From contig JBLHWU010000002.1 in assembly GCA_047629355.1 (NCBI GenBank), positions 948 through 64,947 of the forward strand: a DNA stretch of 64,000 nucleotides, in the 5' to 3' direction. Made by a program: the position numbers and the translations under genes. Below, in pieces: positions 57,300 through 64,000 of the stretch. The notes below the pieces were generated by a model. That model made no database searches. It had not been told where the DNA came from and saw only the letters and a list, made by a program, of their open reading frames with translations. Numbering within the stretch: position 1 is the stretch's first letter; every line of letters starts with the position of its first letter. The DNA is from Saprospiraceae bacterium. GTDB lineage: Bacteria; Bacteroidota; Bacteroidia; Chitinophagales; Saprospiraceae.

Positions 57300-59543
57300 T
57301 CACTCCAACAATTCCCTCAACCTTTCCATACTCCTCAAATTTTCCTCCCCTTCCACCGCCTGCAAAATATCCCTCCGTTGCCGTTCCGTAATATAAAACG
57401 AAATCGGCGCATCCTCCATCACATTACTCGGTCGATAAGTAAACCGAACGATCTCAAACTTATCTTTTCCCAATTTATCATAAATAAAACCCAGATTGGT
57501 ATCGTGTTCAAAATCTTGGAGCGTCAGAATTTTTCCAGCAATGCCCAGCGGATTCAGTAAAGCTTCGATTGCGCCTTCATTTTCACTTGACTTAATTTCT
57601 TTATCACGGTCAAATGCACGCACCACGACCAGCACTACCCCACTCGTATTTTCCTGAATCCAATCTTCAAAAACATGGATGAAGCGAATCGCGGATTTCA
57701 GCCCATAATTATCACGAAAACCAGCATCCAAAACCTCTATCTGCGGCTGCGTCGGCAAGGATACATTCGGGAGCACATACGGATAAGTCGCATTCATCCG
57801 AATCGCCGTGGTGAACGCCATATTATAGGCATCTTGCTCGGCAAATAGTCGCCCAAAATCAATCGCATCCACCTCTGCCGAAGCAGGAATATCAAGGCTC
57901 GAAGGTGATGCCATCATATAACTCACGCCTTGCGAAGAAATAATCATGCGCCGACCGTCATTGACAATCGAAGGGGTCACAAACATCATCGGAACGGTTG
58001 CATTTTGCTCGACTTCCGCGTAATCTTTTAGGGTTTTATCAAAAACAAAATTGGTATTTTCGTTGAGTGATTTTTCAAAAATATAACCTCGGTCTTTGCG
58101 ATAAGTATAGCCATTTTTTTGAAATTTTGCCCAGGGCACAAACAAGTCATTCGTGACAAGTGTAAACGAAACAGGATTCAGTAAATCTTTGGAAACATTG
58201 TCCACATACCTTTCATCATACAAGTTTTTAATCTCGCCCTGCTGTTGCCGCAAATACAATTCTCGAAAATATGCCGACCCAATCATTCCGCCCGATGCGC
58301 CCGACATTAAAACGGTATTTTGCATCAATTTTCCATTGGTCAACTTGTCTGTTTGTTGCAAAACGTGCATGGACCAAGTCGTTGCTTTCAGTCCACCGCC
58401 GCTGACGCAATACAATACCATTTTCGGTTTTTTATCTTTAGAAACACTGGCTTTGGCTTTCCAATTATTTAAAATTTGAGTCGTCTTTTCAACGTCCATT
58501 TCGACATTTTCACGGCTACAGATATTTTCTAAATTCTCGTAGGCATAGGCTGATTTTTCGACATTATAATTCAGACCATACGCTTGATTGTGATGGTGAA
58601 AAGCGTCAAATTTTGTTACTGTATTTATCACAATCGCTATCATCAGCAACACCATCATTCGCCATTTGCCAAACCAATACGTCACCGCCCCAGTCAATCC
58701 AACTACGATGCTTCCCAATAAAAATATACTCGCACCCGTCGGAATCCGAAATGCTGGATTGTCAATCATAATGCCCAATAAAACCAAGACAATCAAGCTC
58801 AAAAGCTGCATCACCAAAGCGTTCGTATGGTTTTGTTTGAAAACACGCAGCAGGATGCTTTTATCATAATGTGCCACACTCCGAACAATTCTCGGCTGAA
58901 ATTTTTCGGTTAAATAAGTATCCACTCGCCACTGGTTTTTATTGGTTTTTATGTTTTCAAAATCAGGTAAGTTGCGCTGCCCCGGTCGGTTTCGAACAAG
59001 ATTAGGCGGTCGATTTTTAACGTATTTTATATAATTTAAAATGTCCTTATTCGTCATTTGAAAATAGGCAGAAACAAGAAGAACAAACAATAAAATTCCC
59101 GCTAAAAAGCCAAAGGCATGAACAGCAATTGTCGCCGCTGGCAGTAATTCAAATTGAGATTCAAAATGAATTAAATTACCTAAAAATAAGGTGACAAAAA
59201 AGGCGGGTACCAAAATATTATTGAGACAAAATTTAGTGAACGGTCGCGCCAAAGATGCTAAAAATGGGAAGTAGCGCGCACCTAATAAATAAGTCGTCAA
59301 ATTCCAACTCATTGCAAAAGCACCGAAGCCCACGCCTACATAAAAGAAGCTCCAAAATCCAACTTCGTGCAAGTATTCGGGAGAGAGGAAAAGGTAGCGC
59401 AAACCGTATTTTAAGGCCAATCCGCCCGTGACGAATAAACCTAATAGTATCCAAATAACCAACAAAATCGAGTTGCTGCGCAAATGCAGCACGAGCAATT
59501 GGCAGGGGAAAGAGTAATAGATATTGGTTAGTGTTTTCTTCAT
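57300..59543 (-). CDS. Patatin-like phospholipase with an N-terminal polytopic membrane domain
   Basis: About 300 aa containing multiple TM helices, then CVSGGGLKAT (oxyanion), GASGGM (GxSxG) and LDAGFRDNYG (catalytic Asp). Confidence 0.8.
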   Translation of the reverse strand: MKKTLTNIYYSFPCQLLVLHLRSNSILLVIWILLGLFVTGGLALKYGLRYLFLSPEYLHEVGFWSFFYVGVGFGAFAMSWNLTTYLLGARYFPFLASLARPFTKFCLNNILVPAFFVTLFLGNLIHFESQFELLPAATIAVHAFGFLAGILLFVLLVSAYFQMTNKDILNYIKYVKNRPPNLVRNRPGQRNLPDFENIKTNKNQWRVDTYLTEKFQPRIVRSVAHYDKSILLRVFKQNHTNALVMQLLSLIVLVLLGIMIDNPAFRIPTGASIFLLGSIVVGLTGAVTYWFGKWRMMVLLMIAIVINTVTKFDAFHHHNQAYGLNYNVEKSAYAYENLENICSRENVEMDVEKTTQILNNWKAKASVSKDKKPKMVLYCVSGGGLKATTWSMHVLQQTDKLTNGKLMQNTVLMSGASGGMIGSAYFRELYLRQQQGEIKNLYDERYVDNVSKDLLNPVSFTLVTNDLFVPWAKFQKNGYTYRKDRGYIFEKSLNENTNFVFDKTLKDYAEVEQNATVPMMFVTPSIVNDGRRMIISSQGVSYMMASPSSLDIPASAEVDAIDFGRLFAEQDAYNMAFTTAIRMNATYPYVLPNVSLPTQPQIEVLDAGFRDNYGLKSAIRFIHVFEDWIQENTSGVVLVVVRAFDRDKEIKSSENEGAIEALLNPLGIAGKILTLQDFEHDTNLGFIYDKLGKDKFEIVRFTYRPSNVMEDAPISFYITERQRRDILQAVEGEENLRSMERLRELLE

Positions 59544-59783
59544 TTAGATTTAATTTCCATCCTTTAAAAATCAGACTACTTTGCTGCCAGAAGATAAAAA
59601 TCAGAGAACACAATGACTTCTGACAGCAAATCGGTCTGGCTTCTAATATCTGCTAAAGAATGCAATGTCTGATTATTTTTCAAAAAATAAAAAATTTAAT
59701 AGAAAAAACCTCAGGTGAACGATTCTTTTTACTTTTGCGTTCTAAAGATGGTCTTTGGCTAATTAATCTTTGGTTTTTAGCCA

Positions 59784-59948
59784 TTAGGAATGCGAATTAA
59801 ATAAACTCAGACTCTTGAGAGGATATTTTGCCCTCATTTTTTACTTTAAAAATGCTCATTATATCAACATAAATCGCACTTTCAAAGCAAAAAGGAAGCA
59901 CAAAACCGCTCTCTCAAGAATCTAACTTTATTTATTTCGCATTCCTTA
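59784..59948 (+). mobile_element. MITE family B, copy 2
   Basis: Colinear with 48497-48662. Confidence 0.85.
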
Positions 59949-59980
59949 TAAACCAAAGACCAATAAAACATTAGTAAACG

Positions 59981-60619
59981 ATGAACCAATTTTTTAAAAA
60001 AATAACAAACTGGTTATTTCCGAAAGGAGAAAACCAAGCAATCGAATCTGACCCAATGAAGTATTTAATTATCGGTCTCGGCAATACCGGCGCAAAATAT
60101 GATGACACGCGCCACAATGTCGGCTTTGAAATCGTGGACTCCCTTGCCAAAGAATTTAAGACGGAATGGAAGAATGACAACCTCGCCTACATCGCGGAAA
60201 TTAAGCACAAAGGGCGCACTTTTGTTTTAATAAAGCCAACGACGTTTATGAATTTGAGCGGAAAAGCAGCTCGGTATTGGATGCAAAAACATAAAATCCC
60301 GAAGCAAAATATTCTAGTGATTTTGGATGATTTGAATCTACCTTTTGGAAAACAACGCTTGCGTGGGAAGGGCAACGACGGCGGTCACAACGGCTTGAAA
60401 GACATTGATGCAATGACGGGCGGCAACAATTATGCGCGACTTCGCATCGGTATTGGTGGTGATTTTGATAAAGGACAACAGGTAGATTTTGTGCTGGGAA
60501 AATGGTCGAAGGAAGAGACGGATGGCTTGCCTGATATTTTGAAAAACGCGACGGAGACGATAAAGGCGTTTGGGACGATTGGGTTGCAGTTTACGATGAA
60601 TCAGTTTAATAAAAAGTAG
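59981..60619 (+). CDS. pth: Peptidyl-tRNA hydrolase
   Basis: MKYLIIGLGNTGAKYDDTRHNVGF...LDDLNLPFGKQRLRGKGNDGGHNGLK. The conserved core starts at internal Met 60056, so the true start is uncertain. Confidence 0.9.
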   Translation: MNQFFKKITNWLFPKGENQAIESDPMKYLIIGLGNTGAKYDDTRHNVGFEIVDSLAKEFKTEWKNDNLAYIAEIKHKGRTFVLIKPTTFMNLSGKAARYWMQKHKIPKQNILVILDDLNLPFGKQRLRGKGNDGGHNGLKDIDAMTGGNNYARLRIGIGGDFDKGQQVDFVLGKWSKEETDGLPDILKNATETIKAFGTIGLQFTMNQFNKK

Positions 60620-60639
60620 TGAGGCTGTTTAAAAAGTTG

Positions 60640-60832
60640 GTAACTACTCCGGTAGCGGACACGTTGATTGCTTCAGTACGATTAGATAAAAATCACCTCG
60701 AAAATTAAGTAAGAGCCGTGTCCGCTACCTATTTCTCCTGTTAGGTAACAGATACGGCTCTTACTTAATTTCGTGGGTATTTGAAAGATTCATTCGCTTG
60801 TAAACTGACGTGTCCGCTACCTGAGTAGTTAC
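60640..60832. repeat. Nested palindromic element with three copies of CGTGTCCGCTACC
   Basis: Outer arms GTAACTACTCCGGTAGCGGACACG / CGTGTCCGCTACCTGAGTAGTTAC. Inner arms AAATTAAGTAAGAGCCGT / ACGGCTCTTACTTAATTT. Confidence 0.8.
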
Positions 60833-60852
60833 AAAAGTTGACTGATATTTTA

Positions 60853-60912
60853 GGGAAGGGATTTTGAGGGACAAAAATGGTTTGCAAACCGTTTTTGTCC
60901 CTCAAAATCCCT
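60853..60912 (+). repeat. Solo hairpin-1 module of the three-hairpin repeat
   Basis: GGGATTTTGAGGGACAAAAATGG..CCGTTTTTGTCCCTCAAAATCCC. Confidence 0.75.
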
Positions 60913-61089
60913 ATTGGTACGCCCCTATCGAGTCCGTTGAAGTAGCCACTACTTCATAATCATACAACGATTTACCAATTTAAATAGCCACATTTGGACT
61001 ATAATTAGTGCGACATTAGGGGGAGAGTAAATTACTAAAGCAACGGTAAATACATCGTTTAATTAAGTGCAATACATAAGCCGACTTTT

Positions 61090-61140
61090 AAAATAGAGAA
61101 GCCTTGATAAATATAGATTTATCAAGGCTTCTCTATTTTA
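61090..61140. terminator. Hairpin downstream of the glucosaminidase gene
   Basis: AAAATAGAGAAGCCTTGATAAA / TTTATCAAGGCTTCTCTATTTT. Confidence 0.7.
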
Positions 61141-61193
61141 ATTCGAAATCATTTTACAAATGAAGCTGTTTAAACACCTCTCAATCGAATAAA

Positions 61194-62000
61194 TTATCGC
61201 GCATTCACACCATGTCGCATAGGTCGGTCAGCAGCACGAACTTGCTTTTTCGCAAATTTAAAACACAACTTTTTTCGTCGTTTTGGTTCTTTTTTGGGTG
61301 TATTCGTCAACTGATAAGTCGGTGTTTCTAAAACGGCCTCATTCATTGCAATAAATTGATTGTCAGTATTTTGAATATTCTGTGGCATTGGTTGTGCCAT
61401 AGGAATCATTTCGTTATTCAATCGCTGTGGAACAGGTGGATTCATGCTCACAAAATGCGGATTTGGCGTATCATAAATATACAACATGTAGTCGTCAATA
61501 ATTTTAATCACGATATCAGCATACTCTGGATTCGTTGCATAACCGCTTTTTTTTAAGCCACGCGCCCATGCTTTATAGTCGGTACGATTGAGGTCAAAAA
61601 GCCATCGGTAACGCTCTCCCTGTAACAAAAACTTGGAGTGATCAGCGTAAGAATCCAAGACATCATCGTAGGCACGGAAACAAGACTTAATCAACTTTCC
61701 GTTTTTGTAGTCGTCGTCTTCATAATATACTTTTCGACCTTCCCAATCTTTGCATTTGATGCCAAAATGGTTTTTTGAATCCAGTGCCAATTGGCTATTT
61801 CCAGAGTTGGATTCAATGACGCCTTGCGCTAAAATGATGCTTGCAGGCACACCACTTCGTTGCATTTCTTCCATGGCAACGTTGGAAAATTGGTCGATAT
61901 AATTTTGTCGAGCTTCTGCCGCAGGATTTGTTGCGGACAAAGGAATGGATAATGATAAAGTACTAAAAATGAGTAAAATAAGGATGTTTGTGAATTTCAT
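61194..62000 (-). CDS. Secreted glucosaminidase-domain (GH73-like) peptidoglycan hydrolase
   Basis: Start at MKFTNILILLIFSTLSLS. ...GVPASIILAQGVIESNSGNSQLALDSKNHFGIKC... Confidence 0.8.
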   Translation of the reverse strand: MKFTNILILLIFSTLSLSIPLSATNPAAEARQNYIDQFSNVAMEEMQRSGVPASIILAQGVIESNSGNSQLALDSKNHFGIKCKDWEGRKVYYEDDDYKNGKLIKSCFRAYDDVLDSYADHSKFLLQGERYRWLFDLNRTDYKAWARGLKKSGYATNPEYADIVIKIIDDYMLYIYDTPNPHFVSMNPPVPQRLNNEMIPMAQPMPQNIQNTDNQFIAMNEAVLETPTYQLTNTPKKEPKRRKKLCFKFAKKQVRAADRPMRHGVNAR

Positions 62001-62512
62001 GTTCAAGGATATTAATAAGAGGAACACAAGGATGGCGAGATTTTTTGTGCGAAAAATCATCGTCGTTTTCTCATAGTTAACCTCCGTTTTAGAATAAATG
62101 TTTCAAAACGGGATGTGTAGACTGAATGTAAAATTGTGTAGATTCGAATATAAAAATTTCAATAAAAAGTCTTCTAAAAATGTATGTGTGTGTGTAAAAG
62201 AGAAATTAACCTGTCAGATTTTTAGTAGAAAAAAATTAAAATAGTGCTGTAGAAGTTTCAATTTCGTCGGGGTCAATCTGACTCCTGACTTCTCGCTTCT
62301 GACATCTTTTTTTCGCCTGACAGGTATTTCCTTTTTTAAAATAGTCTCATAGTAAAATTAAAAGTGCTCAAAATATCTTAATGCCTTTTCATTTTTTAAT
62401 TTATTATACATTAAGATATTTTACCATAAACCAATAACAATACCAAAATTTTCCATTGCCTTATTTTTTTTGAAAAAAGAAACGTTGGTAGCCTATGTTA
62501 TATAAGTAACGC

Positions 62513-62668
62513 GTAGTAATTAATCAGGTAATTTTATAAACATCTTTTTCCACTATTTTCCCTTAAAAATTTCTTCAAGAACACTGGCTATTCAAGAATT
62601 TTTAAAGAAAAACTATCGAAAAAATCTTGTCTAAAAATTTTACCTGATTAATTACTACGCGTTACTTA
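62513..62668 (+). mobile_element. MITE family C, copy 2 (complete, 156 bp)
   Basis: TAAGTAACGCGTAGTAATTAATCAGGTAA...TTACCTGATTAATTACTACGCGTTACTTA. Confidence 0.85.
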
Positions 62669-62972
62669 ACAATGAAAAATTCGTTGAAAGAAAACTTATT
62701 TTTCATTATAAATGGCTGATTTTAAAAGCTTTTTTCACAAAAACTGGCTATCTTAAATTAAGAAAATAAAAATAAATAAATAAATTTTAAAAAATCAAAT
62801 TACAAAAATATTTTATTTGTAAAACAATGATTAAAAGCTAATTGGCAAAGTAATTGTAATATTCCAAGCAATGAACATTCCCGTCTTACACGTCTTCGAA
62901 TCGAATCGAAACTACACCACAAAAGAAAATATTAGAGAAACTTATTTTTTTACGTTAGAACATACTTATCCC

Positions 62973-64000
62973 ATGAAAAATTTATCTCGGTTATTGATGG
63001 CGTTAGCTGTCTTGTTTTCCTGTAATTTATTGGCACAACCTGGCGATTATGAAAGTAGTCAATACAAAGCTATGGCTGTCGCTGACTACATCGGACACCG
63101 TGGCATCACAAACGAAAGTGCGCACCAACTTTATCAAAAAGCATATCAGCAAGAAGTTTTGGGCGATTACGAGAACGCGATTGACTTTTATTCTCAGACT
63201 TTAATGGTTAATGAAATGCACCAACAAGCTCGCTTCAACCGCGCTCGTTTGTGCTACGAATTGGGTCGTTTTGCCTTGGCAGAATCTGAATTTAGTTATG
63301 TTATTGAGCAAAATAATATGGATGCAGAAGCTTTTGAAATGCGCGGCTTGTCTCGTTTTTACAATCAAAAATATGAGGACGCAATCGGCGATTTCAATCA
63401 AGCATTTCGATTGTCTGGCAAAGAAGATATTTTGTTGCAGCGAGGCATTGCTTTGACAAAAATGGGCTTCTACGAAGATGCATTTTTAGACTTTGATAAA
63501 TTGCTAAAAAGCAGTCCCAATAACGCGGCGGCAATGGCTGCGAGAGGTGATGTTTTATTGGCATTGCGACGGTATCAGTCTGCGTTGCACTGGTTTGACA
63601 AGGCATTGAACTTGGATGAAATTGATGCTTATACTTACTGCAATCGTGGCATTGCCAACATGAATTTAGAAAATTACGAAGCAGCATTGTACGACTTCGA
63701 TCGTGCGATTCAGTTAGATGCCAATTGCCGTATGTTTTTAAATTTGGCGTACTGCTATTTTGAAATGGGCGAAGTGAAATTGGCAAGAAGATACGGTATT
63801 TTGGCGATGAATGATGACCCCGATAATGCGGAAGTTTATTACCTCATTGGCTTGGCAGAATTGGATTTGAATATGCCTGATTTGGCGAAGGAAAGTTTCA
63901 GTATTGCGCTGGATGCTGAACCAGAAAATGTAGCGTATTTACTGGGACAAGCGGAATCACTTTTGGACATAAATGACTATTACGCCGCTATCGAAAATTG
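62973..64000 (+). CDS. TPR-repeat protein, 3'-truncated by the window edge
   Basis: Hand translation from ATG 62973 stays open to the end of the window: MKNLSRLLMALAVLFSCNLLAQ...GDYENAIDFYSQTL...AEAFEMRGLSRFYNQKYEDAIGDFNQAF... It is not in the track because it has no stop codon. Confidence 0.8.
   Translation, partial: MKNLSRLLMALAVLFSCNLLAQPGDYESSQYKAMAVADYIGHRGITNESAHQLYQKAYQQEVLGDYENAIDFYSQTLMVNEMHQQARFNRARLCYELGRFALAESEFSYVIEQNNMDAEAFEMRGLSRFYNQKYEDAIGDFNQAFRLSGKEDILLQRGIALTKMGFYEDAFLDFDKLLKSSPNNAAAMAARGDVLLALRRYQSALHWFDKALNLDEIDAYTYCNRGIANMNLENYEAALYDFDRAIQLDANCRMFLNLAYCYFEMGEVKLARRYGILAMNDDPDNAEVYYLIGLAELDLNMPDLAKESFSIALDAEPENVAYLLGQAESLLDINDYYAAIEN

Noticed and set aside
63201-63786. 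Track ORFs 63201..63401, 63211..63456 and 63394..63786.
   Set aside because: They overlap the open-ended TPR gene (62973 to the window end), which has clear TPR periodicity and a signal peptide.

Overview
AT-rich window, most likely from a Bacteroidota chromosome. The evidence is several type-IX-secretion (T9SS) C-terminal sorting domains, Bacteroidota-style lipoprotein and secretion signals, and the DUF3347, HMBD and HYC-CC-PP protein types. Bases 1 to about 25.6 kb form a copper/silver-handling accessory island. It holds a CusA-OMF-CusB efflux system, an HMA-fused AraC regulator, and a CopA P-type ATPase with three N-terminal metal-binding modules. It also holds a secreted HMA protein, two paralogous Cys-motif BNR/Asp-box propellers, a HYC-CC-PP protein, an HMBD lipoprotein, and an MbnP-like protein followed by two di-haem peroxidases. 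From about 26 kb onward the content is mostly housekeeping (rpmH, adk, gdh, radA, gcvT, guaB, moxR, rfbA, pth). This stretch is interrupted by mobile debris: a broken Rpn-family nuclease pair, a frameshifted IS4-family IS with an intact 10-bp target duplication, and many MITEs. Small structured repeats are very dense. I see at least five MITE families, a REP array next to a degraded RAYT/IS200-like gene, and a modular three-hairpin repeat present about 10 times. Best leads: (1) an unannotated 24-codon ORF with five consecutive Cys codons, followed by an intrinsic terminator, just upstream of an ATP-grasp ligase, laid out like an attenuator; (2) a T9SS-anchored MbnP plus tandem MbnH-like module in the copper island; (3) the two propellers sharing a CxCC...WEIxxCPxxGP motif; (4) the three-hairpin repeat family, whose stems vary in a compensatory way. 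No tRNA, rRNA or CRISPR array was recognised. All calls come from reading the sequence and remembered family signatures; no searches were run.
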